Origin: an uncultured Gammaproteobacteria bacterium
GTDB lineage: Bacteria; Pseudomonadota; Gammaproteobacteria; GRL18
NCBI GenBank assembly: GCA_965363935.1
Contig: CBDTVA010000001.1
Location: 1-49,214, forward strand
Direction of reading: 5' to 3'
Length of the DNA stretch: 49,214 nt
Shown one piece after another: positions 18,959 to 28,950 of the stretch; the stretch's first letter is position 1; every line of letters starts with the position of its first letter. The translations under genes and the position numbers were made by a program. The notes under the pieces were generated by a model that made no database searches, was not told the DNA's origin, and worked only from the letters and a program-made list of their open reading frames with translations.

Positions 18959-18987
18959 TTCAGATCAATAAACATTTTTAGTATAAT
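18959..18987 (+). promoter_or_regulatory. Candidate sigma70 promoter for FKBP paralog 2 / cusBA
   Basis: TTCAGA (18959-18964), a 17-nt spacer, then TATAAT (18982-18987), 36 nt upstream of the ATG at 19023. By-eye match only. Confidence 0.3.
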
Positions 18988-19022
18988 TTTGTTCTTTCAA
19001 TTTCAGGTTCAAGAGGATCCCG

Positions 19023-19715
19023 ATGAAGTATTTTGCAGTCTTTTTATTAACCATTTTACTGGTAGCCGATATCCATGCAGCCGATCAGCCTGGCGCGCTC
19101 AAGGATGAAACAGCCAAAATAAATTACAGTGTGGGCTATCAGATTGGCAGTGACTTTAAACTTCAGGAGATTGAAATCCGTTCGGAAGCCGTATTGAGAG
19201 GCATACAGGATGCAATGTCAGACAGTAACTCCCTCATGTCCCCTCAGGAAATGCGCAACAGCATGGCAGAGCTTGGCAAGCACGTGGCAGAGTTAAAGAA
19301 AAAGAAAAGGCAGATGATCCAGAAACACGTTGAAAAAAATCAGCAATTTCTGCTGGAAAATGCTAAAAAATCCGGAGTTATCACTACCGATAGTGGCTTG
19401 CAGTATCGGGTCATTGAGCAGGGTGGTGGTGGTGGAGGTAAACTTCCAACGTTAAATGACAAGGTTCTGGTTACCTACAGCGGCAAGCTTATTGACGGTA
19501 CTGAATTTGACCGCTCCCCCGTTGGAAAACCCGTTAGCCTGAACATGGATAAGCTTGTCAAGGGGCTGAGTGAAGCGCTTCAACTAATGCGCCGCGGTGA
19601 TCACTGGCAGTTGTTTATTCCCTCTGCTCTGGCTTATGGTAAGCAGGGTGCGGGCGGGAAAATTCCACCGGATAGCACTCTGATATTCAGTCTGGAACTG
19701 ATTTCGATCCAGTAA
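19023..19715 (+). CDS. Periplasmic FKBP-type peptidyl-prolyl isomerase, Mip/FkpA-like (paralog 2)
   Basis: 230 aa with a signal peptide, the same INYSVGYQIGSDF N-terminal domain, and an FKBP domain (GLQYRVIEQGGGGGGK...LVKGLSEALQLMRRGDHWQLFIPSALAYG..IPPDSTLIFSLELISI). Confidence 0.85.
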   Translation: MKYFAVFLLTILLVADIHAADQPGALKDETAKINYSVGYQIGSDFKLQEIEIRSEAVLRGIQDAMSDSNSLMSPQEMRNSMAELGKHVAELKKKKRQMIQKHVEKNQQFLLENAKKSGVITTDSGLQYRVIEQGGGGGGKLPTLNDKVLVTYSGKLIDGTEFDRSPVGKPVSLNMDKLVKGLSEALQLMRRGDHWQLFIPSALAYGKQGAGGKIPPDSTLIFSLELISIQ

Positions 19716-19737
19716 CAGTCAAACTTCTTTTGCCATG

Positions 19738-19807
19738 TCGGGTATGCATTACACTGCGCTAATCCAATCTACTATAAAATAATCAACGTACAGCAGGAGA
19801 AGCAGTG
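19738..19807 (-). repeat. REP-like composite element, copy 4 (degenerate; same orientation as copy 2)
   Basis: GTCGGGTATGCATTACACTGCGCTAATCCAATCTAC-TATAAAATAA-TCAACGTACAGCAGGAGAAGCAGTG. The layout of palindrome, AT-rich spacer and box (ACAGC.GGAGAAG) parallels copy 2. Confidence 0.6.
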
Positions 19808-19857
19808 TTTATGCTTCCCCGGAACGGTCTTTAATAAACTATAAATAGCAATTAATA

Positions 19858-21843
19858 ATGATACAGCTACATTCTATTACTGGCAGAGCCAATGCCTTTA
19901 TCAGTGCCCTATTGATTGGCGCAACATTTATGCTCGGCAGTCTCCCGGCGCAGTCTGCAATTGAAACTGAAACTCCTGAACTTCCAGCTGGGACTGAGGT
20001 GATGCCCCTTTCAGGCTTGGAGAACAACCACCTGGGACCACTCTATGTCTGTCCCATGCATGCCGATGAAGTCAGTAACAAACCCGGCTCCTGTTCCCAA
20101 TGCGGCATGTTTTTGGTACAGCAGAAACAGGCTGCCAAAGACTCAAATGCGCAGGCTGAAGTCATGCCGGGCATGAATCAACAGGAGAGGATCTATGTCT
20201 GTCCTATGCATCCGGATGAGACCAGTGACAAGCCCGGTTCCTGCTCTCAATGCGGTATGTTTCTAGTAGCTCAGGAGGGGAATGTGGATCACTCGATGCA
20301 TAAACACTCAATGCCTGCCAGTAACAGTGGTAAACATACAAAAACCATGACTGATGCTGCTATGCAGCACGGCAAGATGCCAATGCCTTTGAAAGATAAG
20401 CCGGCTCTGTTCTGGGAAAGCAGTGAGCCTCAGGCAGGCAGGGAGACTCAAGCAGAGCATGAACATATGGATCCTGTTCAGGGTACTTATCTAATGTCGA
20501 AACGCATGACCCCGGAACCCCCCATGATGTCGGCTACAGCAAAGCCGATCCAGCCGGAGAAACTGCAGGAGCTTGCCGGAAAGCACCAGGAAGCGACTTA
20601 TATCTGTCCGATGCATCCGCAGATCGTCAGTAAAGATGCTGATAGCGCCTGTCCAATCTGCGGTATGGATCTGGTGGCCAAAAAGGTTGGGCAGAACAGC
20701 ACTGAACACGTTCATGACCAGGAAGAAATTTATATCTGCCCCATGCATCCTCAAATTGTACAGGATGAATCCGGAAACTGCCCTATTTGTGGTATGGATC
20801 TGGTACCACGAAAAAGCGCCGCACCAACAGGCGATCAACCTCAGGTCTTTCTCTCGGCTGCAGTGATTCAGAATATGGGCGTGCGAACTGCCAGGGCGCA
20901 GCGCAAGGTACTGAGCAAACAGATCCGGACTCAGGGTATAGTTACCCCCGATGATGATCGCATTATTTTTATCCACCCCAGGACCGGCGGCTGGATTGAA
21001 ACCCTCTATCCGATTACCGAAGGCGAGCGGGTGGAGCGTAAGGATGTTCTGGCTAACTTCTATTCACCCTGGATTAATCAGGTGCAACTTGATTTTATTG
21101 CTGCTCTGGAAGAGTATGACCTTAGCTCATTTGATCCCAGCAAAAAGGCGGAAGTTAACGTCAAGCTGGAATCCCTGCGCAATTCGTTGCGCCTGCTGAA
21201 TGTCATGGATATGGATATTATGCGCATTAAAAACAGCCGCAAAGTACAGAACACCATTCAACTGATGGCCCCGCAGGGGGGTATTATCACCCAATTAGGG
21301 GTGCGTGAAGGTACCTATGTGGAACCTTATCAGTCGATGTTCACCATCGTTGACCTCAGCCAGGTATGGGTGATGATGGATATCTACGAATACCAGGCGC
21401 CCTGGATCAGAAAGGGCCACCAGGTCAAAATCACGGCACCCGCCATCCCCGGACGGCATTGGAACGGGGTAATTGACTTTATCTACCCGGAGGTGGATTC
21501 CAAGACCCGCACTCTGCGCGCTCGCATTGCTGTGCCCAATCCTGACGAGGCGCTGTTGTTGAATATGTTTGTACAGATTGATCTCTCTGCCAGTGCCAGC
21601 AAAGAGAGTGTGTTGACCGTACCCCGTGAAGCGGTGATTGTAACCGGCGAACGCGAGGTTGTGGTTAAATCTCTGGGCAGGGGACACTTTCAACCGGTGG
21701 ATGTCACAACCGGAACCTGGGGCGGTCATCAGGCTGAAATTCTATCCGGGTTGAAAGAAGGCGATGATGTAGTTGTTTCCGGTCAGTTTCTTATTGACTC
21801 AGAATCCAGCCTGCAGGCCAGCTTCCTGCGCATGGCGGAGTAG
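19858..21843 (+). CDS. cusB: CusB-type RND efflux periplasmic adaptor with a ~330-aa N-terminal extension carrying four heavy-metal-binding modules
   Basis: 661 aa with a signal peptide. There are four copies of Y(V/I)CPMH(P/A)..(S/N)CxxCGM(F/D)LV plus His/Met-rich linkers. The C-terminal ~330 aa is membrane-fusion-protein-like (..[16 protein letters not shown].., beta-barrel/lipoyl region). The gene lies immediately upstream of cusA. Confidence 0.85.
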   Translation: MIQLHSITGRANAFISALLIGATFMLGSLPAQSAIETETPELPAGTEVMPLSGLENNHLGPLYVCPMHADEVSNKPGSCSQCGMFLVQQKQAAKDSNAQAEVMPGMNQQERIYVCPMHPDETSDKPGSCSQCGMFLVAQEGNVDHSMHKHSMPASNSGKHTKTMTDAAMQHGKMPMPLKDKPALFWESSEPQAGRETQAEHEHMDPVQGTYLMSKRMTPEPPMMSATAKPIQPEKLQELAGKHQEATYICPMHPQIVSKDADSACPICGMDLVAKKVGQNSTEHVHDQEEIYICPMHPQIVQDESGNCPICGMDLVPRKSAAPTGDQPQVFLSAAVIQNMGVRTARAQRKVLSKQIRTQGIVTPDDDRIIFIHPRTGGWIETLYPITEGERVERKDVLANFYSPWINQVQLDFIAALEEYDLSSFDPSKKAEVNVKLESLRNSLRLLNVMDMDIMRIKNSRKVQNTIQLMAPQGGIITQLGVREGTYVEPYQSMFTIVDLSQVWVMMDIYEYQAPWIRKGHQVKITAPAIPGRHWNGVIDFIYPEVDSKTRTLRARIAVPNPDEALLLNMFVQIDLSASASKESVLTVPREAVIVTGEREVVVKSLGRGHFQPVDVTTGTWGGHQAEILSGLKEGDDVVVSGQFLIDSESSLQASFLRMAE

Positions 21844-21848
21844 TCACT

Positions 21849-24800
21849 ATGCCGCTGTACATTATAGAGTGGTCATTAAAAAATCGCCTGCTGGTTCTGA
21901 TAGCCTCGCTGTTTATCACGATATGGGGCTGGGTCTCGGTACAGGAGACTCCTCTGGATGCCATCCCTGACCTCTCCGACGTACAGGTCATTATCAAGAC
22001 CAGTTATGCGGGCCAGTCGCCACGGGTCATTGAGGAACAGGTCACCTATCCGATAACTACCACCATGATGTCAGTACCCGGTACCCGGGTAGTACGTGGT
22101 TACTCCTTCTTCGGGGATTCCTATGTGTACGTGATCTTTGAAGACGGCACCGATATATATTGGGCCCGTTCGCGGGTACTGGAATATCTGAACCAGGCCT
22201 CTGAGGATCTGCCGGACGGCGTGGTTCCCCGACTCGGCCCGGATGCTTCAGGAGTAGGCTGGATCTACAGCTATGCACTGGTCGATCACAGCGGCCAACA
22301 CGATCTGGCACAACTGCGCAGTCTGCAGGACTGGTTTCTGAAATACGAACTGCAGGGTGTTCAGGGTGTATCGGAGGTAGCCACGGTTGGCGGCATGGTG
22401 AAACAGTATCAGGTGGTTCTGAACCCTGAAAAACTGCGTGCCTATGGTATTCCCATCAGCCGGATTGCCACGGCGATCCGTAATGCCAACCGCGAGGTGG
22501 GCGGCTCGGTGATTGAGATGGCTGAATCTGAGTATATGGTGCGTACCCGCGGGTATATTGGTTCTCTGGAGGATATCGAACAGATCCCTATTGATGTTAC
22601 AGAGGATGGCATCCCGATCCTGCTGCGTGATTTGTCGCATGTGCAGATTGGCCCCGAAATGCGCCGCGCGGTAGCCGAACTGGATGGCCAGGGCGAGGTG
22701 ACCGGAGGTATTGTGGTGATGCGTTATGGGGCAAACGCCTTGACTACCATTTCAGCCATTAAGGAGAAATTGGAAACTCTGAAATCGGGCTTACCGGAGG
22801 GGGTGGAAATTGTTGAGACCTACGATCGCTCCGGGCTGATTATTCGATCCGTAGACAATCTGACGGAAAAACTGATCCAGGAACTGATAGTTATTGCCCT
22901 GGTTTGCCTGCTCTTCCTGTTCCATATCCGCTCATCTCTGGTCGCTATTGTGAGTCTGCCGCTGGGCATGCTTATCGCTTTTATCATTATGCGCCAGCAG
23001 GGAATTAACGCTAATATTATGTCTCTGGGCGGGATTGCTATTACCATCGGTGCGATGGTGGATGCAGCCATTGTAATGATCGAAAACGCCCATAAACACC
23101 TGGAGAGGGCAGGTCCGAATCTGAGTGATGAACAACGCTGGCAGCTGATTGGCAAGGCCACTGCCGAGGTGGGCCCGGCACTGTTCTACTCTCTGTTGAT
23201 TATTACCCTGAGCTTTCTGCCGGTATTCGCTCTGGAAGCCCAGGAGGGCAAGCTGTTTAACCCCCTGGTATTTACCAAGACCTTCGCCATGGCGGCCTCA
23301 GCCGGGCTGGCAGTGACCCTGGTGCCGGTGTTAATGGGCTATTTTATCCGTGGTGAGATTCCGCGCGAATCCTACAATCCATTGATCCGTATCCTCATCG
23401 TCCTGTATCGGCCTCTACTGCGTATCGTACTTGCTATACCACGCACGGTGCTGTTGTTTTCCCTGCTGATTCTGTTCAGTATTATGCTGCCACTGTTTGG
23501 CATCAAAGGCTTGCTGGAACCCCTTGAATGGCCTGTCCATCTGGTTCAGAAGGTGGCCCCTGAGCTGGGTGAGGAGATGCTCACCGGCCTTGAAGAACAG
23601 GAGCATAAACTGGCCGGACAGTGGCGCAAAAGCTTTTCTGACATTCCCTGGCTGGCCCGTCTGGGAAATGGGCTGGGTTCCGAGTTTATGCCTGATCTGT
23701 TCGAGGGTGATTTGATGTATATGCCCACCACTTTGCCCAGTCTTTCTATTGGCAAGGCACGGGAACTGCTGCAGCAGACCGACCGCCTGATCCTTCAGAC
23801 TCCGGAAGTGGAGCGGGTGTTCGGGAAAATTGGACGCGCCGAGACGGCCACCGATCCGGCGCCGCTGACGATGATCGAAACCCTGATCAAGCTCAAGCCG
23901 CGAGATGAGTGGCGGAAGGGCCTGACCCTGGAAAAACTCAAACAGGAACTGGATCAGCGGGTTAAATTCCCCGGCTTGACCAACGCCTGGATCATGCCGA
24001 TCAAAACTCGCATTGATATGCTCTCCACCGGCATCAAGACTCCGGTGGGTGTAAAGGTGGCGGGTGCTGATATTAAAATCATCGCAAAGATCGGCCTGGA
24101 GATCGAGAAGGTACTGATGCAGGTGCAGGGTACCGCTTCGGTGTATTCCGAGCGGGTGGCCGGCGGGCGTTATATTGAAATTATACCGAAACGGCTGGAA
24201 GCAGCGCGTCTGGGACTGAATATTGAAGACATCAACGAAATCGTCAGTGTGGCCGTCGGCGGTATCAATATTACCCAGACTGTGGAAGGACTGGAGCGTT
24301 ACCCGGTTAACCTGCGCTTCCCGCGGGAGCAGCGGGATGATGTACAGAAGTTAAGGGAATTACCCCTGGTCACCAGCACCGGAGCGCAGATCCCTCTGAT
24401 GCAAATCGCTGAGATCAAGGTGGTGGATGGCCCGCCTATGCTAAAGAGCGAAAACGGACGCCTCAATGGCTGGACCTTCGTGGATATCCGTAACGTGGAT
24501 CTGGGCAGTTATGTGCATGAAGCAAAAGAAGCAGTGCAGGAACAGGTCGATGTGCCTCCAGGCTACTCCATCGCCTGGTCGGGACAGTACGAATACATGC
24601 TCAGAGCGCATGAAAAACTGCTTAAGGTGGTGCCTATGACGCTGTTGATCATCTTTGTACTATTGTATCTGATCTTTCACCGTATCACAGCTGCTTTACT
24701 GGTTCTGTTCTCCCTGCCATTTGCCCTGGTCGGTGGTTTCTGGTTGCTGATTTTACTGGATTATAATCTCTCGGTTGCCGTTACGGTTGGTTTTATTGCT

Positions 24801-25169
24801 CTGGCGGGGGTGGCTGCCGAATTTGGCGTGATCATGCTCATTTACCTTGATAACGCACTTAAGCTGCGCCGTGAGGAAGGCCGACTGAACAACCGCCAGG
24901 ATCTGAAGAATGCGATTATGGAAGGTGCGGTGCTGCGGGTAAGGCCTAAAGCAATGACCGTGGCAGTGATCATTGCAGGTCTGCTGCCTATCATGATCAG
25001 CACAGGCAGCGGCTCGGAAGTCATGCAGAGAATTGCAGCACCCATGATTGGCGGTATGATCACTGCGCCACTTTTATCGATGTTTGTTATCCCGGCAGCC
25101 TACCTGCTCTGGCAACAGCGGGAAATGCAACGGCGGGGAAAAAGTCGCCAGGAGATGCCTTCAGAGTGA
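21849..25169 (+). CDS. cusA: Heavy-metal (Cu/Ag-type) RND efflux pump, CusA/CzcA family
   Basis: 1106 aa. It has the typical HME-RND N-terminus ([19 protein letters not shown]..), a 12-TM architecture and ..[19 protein letters not shown]... It appears to carry about 50-60 extra residues before that motif compared with my memory of E. coli CusA. Confidence 0.92.
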   Translation: MPLYIIEWSLKNRLLVLIASLFITIWGWVSVQETPLDAIPDLSDVQVIIKTSYAGQSPRVIEEQVTYPITTTMMSVPGTRVVRGYSFFGDSYVYVIFEDGTDIYWARSRVLEYLNQASEDLPDGVVPRLGPDASGVGWIYSYALVDHSGQHDLAQLRSLQDWFLKYELQGVQGVSEVATVGGMVKQYQVVLNPEKLRAYGIPISRIATAIRNANREVGGSVIEMAESEYMVRTRGYIGSLEDIEQIPIDVTEDGIPILLRDLSHVQIGPEMRRAVAELDGQGEVTGGIVVMRYGANALTTISAIKEKLETLKSGLPEGVEIVETYDRSGLIIRSVDNLTEKLIQELIVIALVCLLFLFHIRSSLVAIVSLPLGMLIAFIIMRQQGINANIMSLGGIAITIGAMVDAAIVMIENAHKHLERAGPNLSDEQRWQLIGKATAEVGPALFYSLLIITLSFLPVFALEAQEGKLFNPLVFTKTFAMAASAGLAVTLVPVLMGYFIRGEIPRESYNPLIRILIVLYRPLLRIVLAIPRTVLLFSLLILFSIMLPLFGIKGLLEPLEWPVHLVQKVAPELGEEMLTGLEEQEHKLAGQWRKSFSDIPWLARLGNGLGSEFMPDLFEGDLMYMPTTLPSLSIGKARELLQQTDRLILQTPEVERVFGKIGRAETATDPAPLTMIETLIKLKPRDEWRKGLTLEKLKQELDQRVKFPGLTNAWIMPIKTRIDMLSTGIKTPVGVKVAGADIKIIAKIGLEIEKVLMQVQGTASVYSERVAGGRYIEIIPKRLEAARLGLNIEDINEIVSVAVGGINITQTVEGLERYPVNLRFPREQRDDVQKLRELPLVTSTGAQIPLMQIAEIKVVDGPPMLKSENGRLNGWTFVDIRNVDLGSYVHEAKEAVQEQVDVPPGYSIAWSGQYEYMLRAHEKLLKVVPMTLLIIFVLLYLIFHRITAALLVLFSLPFALVGGFWLLILLDYNLSVAVTVGFIALAGVAAEFGVIMLIYLDNALKLRREEGRLNNRQDLKNAIMEGAVLRVRPKAMTVAVIIAGLLPIMISTGSGSEVMQRIAAPMIGGMITAPLLSMFVIPAAYLLWQQREMQRRGKSRQEMPSE

Positions 25170-25184
25170 ATTTATAAAACAGCC

Positions 25185-26294
25185 TCAGGACAGCAGGGCC
25201 ACACTTTTGACCTGTGCGTACACCTGTTTGCCGGGTTGCAAATCAAGTATTGAGGCAGATTTGCGGGTAATGCGAGAGAGTAATGGCACACCCTGAACCA
25301 GCAGGCGTACCATGATCTGAGCATTGCCTTCAGGAGTCATTGCTTCGATGCGGGCAGGAAAAATATTTAAAATGCTGGTGTTGCTTTGGTGTTCCAGAGT
25401 CAGACTGACATCGCGCGCAACAACCCTTAATCTGACCGGATGATTAACAGGTAATGCTTTGCGAGCCACGCAAAAGCGACCACCTGGAAAATCAAGGTGG
25501 GTCAGGTCAAACTCGTCATCATGCCCGGCAACAGTGGCTCGAATAAGTGCTGAAGCTTTATCCCCGTGAGCCAGAGGCAAATCCAGTCGGGTCATCATTT
25601 CATCTATCGAACCGGACGCTGTGATCTTACCCGTTTCCATCAGGACCAGATGATCCGCCAGACGTGCTACTTCACCCGGTGCGTGGCTGACATAAAGCAG
25701 CGGGACCTTTAATTCCTCATGCAATGATTCAAGATAAGGCATGATCTCCTGTTTACGTGTCATATCCAGGGCGGAAAGCGGTTCATCCATAAGCAGAAGC
25801 TTTGGACTGGTGGCCAGTGCCCGGGCAATTGCGACCCGCTGCCGCTCACCGCCGGAAAGTTGCGCCGCTTTGCGTGCCAGTAGATGGCCTATATCGAGTA
25901 ACTCAATGGCTTTATCCAGCGAAACTCTGTACTGTGTTTTCGGGATCCGCTTGAGACCGTATTCGAGATTACGCCGCACATCGAGATGGGCAAAAAGGCT
26001 TGCCTCCTGGAATACATAACCCAGGGATCTTTTGTGTGGCGGGACAAAATAATCACCATCCTGCCAAAGCATGTCAGCCACTCGCAAAAATCCATCACGA
26101 CATGGCTCCAGTCCTGCAATAGCACGTAATAGAGTGGTTTTACCGCAGCCTGAATGGCCGAATATTGCGCTAATCCCTCGAGCAGGAACATTCAGGTCAA
26201 TATCCAGAACAAAATCGTCACGTTTGATTTGAAAGCGTGCTTCTATGGTTCTTTCTTTACCCGCAGCTGCAGGATGGATTGTGCCATTTGTCAT
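25185..26294 (-). CDS. modC: Molybdate ABC transporter ATP-binding protein
   Basis: 369 aa. It has Walker A GHSGCGKTT, the signature LSGGERQRVAIARAL, Walker B LLLMDEP and a C-terminal TOBE-like domain. It follows modB. Confidence 0.92.
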   Translation of the reverse strand: MTNGTIHPAAAGKERTIEARFQIKRDDFVLDIDLNVPARGISAIFGHSGCGKTTLLRAIAGLEPCRDGFLRVADMLWQDGDYFVPPHKRSLGYVFQEASLFAHLDVRRNLEYGLKRIPKTQYRVSLDKAIELLDIGHLLARKAAQLSGGERQRVAIARALATSPKLLLMDEPLSALDMTRKQEIMPYLESLHEELKVPLLYVSHAPGEVARLADHLVLMETGKITASGSIDEMMTRLDLPLAHGDKASALIRATVAGHDDEFDLTHLDFPGGRFCVARKALPVNHPVRLRVVARDVSLTLEHQSNTSILNIFPARIEAMTPEGNAQIMVRLLVQGVPLLSRITRKSASILDLQPGKQVYAQVKSVALLS

Positions 26295-26305
26295 GTTATC
26301 AACTC

Positions 26306-27004
26306 TTAAACTTTAGTAACTGAAAAGCGACGATTTAGAGCATAGACGCTTATTAACATAAGAAATGAAAGCAATAGCAGACCTCCTGATAGCCAGTGAG
26401 CGTGGCTGTATTCGAGCGCTTCAACATGATCATAGATGGCGATTGACAGTACCTGGGTCTGGCCGGGAATATTACCGCCAATCATCAGTACCACGCCGAA
26501 TTCGCCCACCGTATGGGCAAAGCCGAGTACTGCGGCGGTGATAAAGCCCGGTCGGGCCAGAGGTACAGCGACAGTAAAAAAACAATCCAGTGGCGAGGCT
26601 CTCAGAGTTGCAGCCACCTCAAGAGGACGGTTGCCTATAGCGGCAAAAGCGCTTTGTAGTGGCTGAACCACAAACGGTAGTGAATAAAGCATTGAGCCGA
26701 TCACCAGACCGGTAAAGGTAAACGCCAGTGGTTGTCCGCCCAGCCACTGCAGTAAACCACCTATGGGACCTTGAGGGCCAAGTGCCACCAGCAGATAAAA
26801 ACCCAGCACAGTGGGAGGCAATACCAGTGGCAGGGCGATTACAGCTTCGAGCAGGAATTTGAAGCGCCACCGGGTACGGGTCAGCCACCACGCAAGCGGT
26901 GTGCCGAACAGCAGCAGGAGCAGTGTGGTTAATCCCGCCAGTTTCAGAGTGATGGCCAGGGCCGCCAGATCAGAGTCACTCAGCACCAGGAATTCCATAG
27001 CCAA
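26306..27004 (-). CDS. modB: Molybdate ABC transporter permease
   Basis: 232 aa. [15 protein letters not shown] and the EAA-loop region ..[23 protein letters not shown].. resemble E. coli ModB. It overlaps the modA 3' end by up to 29 nt. Confidence 0.92.
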   Translation of the reverse strand: MAMEFLVLSDSDLAALAITLKLAGLTTLLLLLFGTPLAWWLTRTRWRFKFLLEAVIALPLVLPPTVLGFYLLVALGPQGPIGGLLQWLGGQPLAFTFTGLVIGSMLYSLPFVVQPLQSAFAAIGNRPLEVAATLRASPLDCFFTVAVPLARPGFITAAVLGFAHTVGEFGVVLMIGGNIPGQTQVLSIAIYDHVEALEYSHAHWLSGGLLLLSFLMLISVYALNRRFSVTKV

Positions 27005-27794
27005 AACTGCGGATAATGTGCAGAGACTCAGGGCTTTTTACGAAAGATAAAAAGGCATGTGCCGCAGCGCTATCTTTTAGTAGTACCGCCTGCTGTTCAA
27101 TTGGAGTGTATAGCGCTTGCGGTACAGCCCATAAAGAACCCTCAACTGGCTGTCCGGGTCGCTTTACCTGAGAAAATGACACAAAGCCAAGCTCGGCATT
27201 GCTACTCTTGATGAATTGAAAGGTCTGGCCAATATTTTCACCACGTACCATACGGGTCTGTAATGCTTCCCATACACTAAGTTCCTGCATAATCTCCTGG
27301 GCAGCCTTACCATAGGGTGCAAGTTTTGGATTGGCAATGGCCAGATGGCGGAAGTCTTTTTTACTCAGCACTTTGCCTTCTGCATCAACATAATCCGCTG
27401 TTGCACTCCATAAGACGACTTTACCAATGGCATAGGTGAAGCGGCTGCCGGGGATTGCTACCCCTTCTATGTCCAGAAGCTCTGCCCGTTTAGTATCAGC
27501 GGCAAAAAAAACATCGAAGGGGGCGCCATTTTTAATCTGTGCGTAGTGTTTTCCAGTGGAACCAGAGATTATTGTAATTTTATGGCCTGTATCAGCTTCA
27601 AATTGCCGGGCAATTAACTTCATGGTCACTGTAAAATTACTGGCTGTTGCGACACGAATTTCAGCCGCCAGCAGCCCTGAGCTGAAGAGCAACAGCCCTG
27701 AGCTGAATAACAGCCCTGAGCTGGAGAGTAAGAGTCCTGAAGCAAATAATTGTCGTACTGAGCTAATAATATTTTTTGCTGTAATAAACGGCAT
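26976..27794 (-). CDS. modA: Molybdate-binding periplasmic protein ModA, with a repeat-expanded signal peptide
   Basis: 272 aa. The mature part ([56 protein letters not shown]...) is ModA-like. The N-terminal ..[26 protein letters not shown] is encoded by a tandem DNA repeat. Confidence 0.88.
   Translation of the reverse strand: MPFITAKNIISSVRQLFASGLLLSSSGLLFSSGLLLFSSGLLAAEIRVATASNFTVTMKLIARQFEADTGHKITIISGSTGKHYAQIKNGAPFDVFFAADTKRAELLDIEGVAIPGSRFTYAIGKVVLWSATADYVDAEGKVLSKKDFRHLAIANPKLAPYGKAAQEIMQELSVWEALQTRMVRGENIGQTFQFIKSSNAELGFVSFSQVKRPGQPVEGSLWAVPQALYTPIEQQAVLLKDSAAAHAFLSFVKSPESLHIIRSFGYGIPGAE
27672..27743. repeat. Tandem repeat (core CAGCCCTGAGCTG, 18-21 nt units, 3 copies plus a degenerate fourth) inside the modA signal-peptide coding region
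   Basis: The plus strand reads CAGCCCTGAGCTGAAGAGCAA / CAGCCCTGAGCTGAATAA / CAGCCCTGAGCTGGAGAGTAAGAGTCCTGAAGC. Confidence 0.8.
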
Positions 27795-28876
27795 TATCCT
27801 ATACCCAGTGGATTTTCCGGGTTGATCCCGTCCATAAATGGCAGATTGCGATCTTTATGCGTCACCTGATAGATTAAGCCAATCCAGTTACCAACAACTT
27901 CTACTGCTGTATCATGCCAGGTATTGTCGATATTATGACTGATCAGCGTTTCTGGAAATTCCGGAAGTTCCTTGTTCTGCTGGCGTGCCATGTCACAACG
28001 CAAGTGAAATTCATTCAGAATGGATTTTTCATACATACCCAGATAATGATTGGGAAAGGGTGGATATGGGATACCTTTTTCATTATTTGTCAGCTCCTGA
28101 TTGAAATGCATAACTTCACGTTTATACTCTTTCATCAGAGAGATGGTGTCATACTCAGGGTGCCCCTGAAAAAACACTGTGCGAAAACCATCCGCACTGC
28201 TAGCAAGATGAACCATACCCGAATCGGACTCAACCAGTACTTTCAGTTTTGCGGCGTCAAACTGTTGTCGGGAAATTGCATTCCAGCGGGAATGAGGCAC
28301 ATCAAAGCGTGTATTGACGTCATTGATCAGCGGATGGGATTTATTGACGACATGATGGGGAAAAACGCCCCATATCTTTTCTGCTTGTGCGTCACGCTGT
28401 TGGTGATAGCGAAATTCCATAACAGCATGGGTTGCCAGACAGGAACATAAGGTTGAAGTGACATTATCCCAGGCCCAGTTAAAAACCTCGATTAATGGCT
28501 CCCAGAAAGGTTGCTGTGACAACTGCGGGCCTGTGACATTAGCTCCCGTAATAATCAGGGCATCCAGTCCCATAGTACGGATATCAGCAAAGGATTGGTA
28601 GTATTGGTCCAGGTAATTTCTGGCTTTATCAGAACGAGGGATTTCATCCAGGGTGAAGGGGTGTACATAAAACTGGGCTATGGGATTGCTTTCCCCGATT
28701 AAACGAAAAAATTGTCTTTCTGTTGCCGCCAGAGCAGCATCGGGCATCATATTCAGCAAACCGATGTGTAACTCCCGAATATCCTGATGCTGTGCTGTTG
28801 TGGGAGTCAACACTTTAATACCTTCATTACGTAAGCGATCAAATGAAGGCAACTGGTTATGGGCAACTAATGGCAT
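27794..28876 (-). CDS. metA: Homoserine O-acyltransferase, MetA family (long form)
   Basis: 360 aa. It aligns with E. coli MetA through ..LNMMP.., the catalytic-Cys region VTSTLCSC (E. coli: VTSTLFVC) and ..GHPEYD... Its stop overlaps the modA start as TAATG. Confidence 0.88.
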   Translation of the reverse strand: MPLVAHNQLPSFDRLRNEGIKVLTPTTAQHQDIRELHIGLLNMMPDAALAATERQFFRLIGESNPIAQFYVHPFTLDEIPRSDKARNYLDQYYQSFADIRTMGLDALIITGANVTGPQLSQQPFWEPLIEVFNWAWDNVTSTLCSCLATHAVMEFRYHQQRDAQAEKIWGVFPHHVVNKSHPLINDVNTRFDVPHSRWNAISRQQFDAAKLKVLVESDSGMVHLASSADGFRTVFFQGHPEYDTISLMKEYKREVMHFNQELTNNEKGIPYPPFPNHYLGMYEKSILNEFHLRCDMARQQNKELPEFPETLISHNIDNTWHDTAVEVVGNWIGLIYQVTHKDRNLPFMDGINPENPLGIG

Positions 28877-28894
28877 ATAAATTACTCTTGCTAA

Positions 28895-28950
28895 GGTTTG
28901 GCTCTACTGTGGTTTCTACTATGGTTTCTACTATGGTTTGTCTCTACTAC
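28895..28950. repeat. Tandem ~12-nt repeat between the ATPase gene stop and the metA start
   Basis: The minus strand reads GTAGTAGAGACAAACCA TAGTAGAAACCA TAGTAGAAACCA CAGTAGAGCCAAACC. The first unit includes the ATPase gene's stop codon. Confidence 0.75.

Noticed and set aside
19424-19441. (GGT)n microsatellite encoding GGGGGG in FKBP paralog 2
   Set aside because: It is short (about 5-6 units) and lies in frame in a linker. I noted it but found no evidence of functional significance.
21849-25169. The absence of cusC/OMF as evidence for a novel two-component pump
   Set aside because: Outer-membrane factors (TolC-like) are frequently encoded elsewhere in the genome, so absence from this window is not informative on its own.
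14300-27800. The copper and molybdate segment looks GC-richer (about 52% in sampled 60-nt lines) than flanking genes (about 40-48%), suggesting a horizontally acquired island
   Set aside because: This rests on only a few hand-counted lines. There are no integrase, tRNA or direct-repeat boundaries, and housekeeping genes such as mfd sampled at about 48%. A proper sliding-window GC and codon-usage calculation is needed before any claim.
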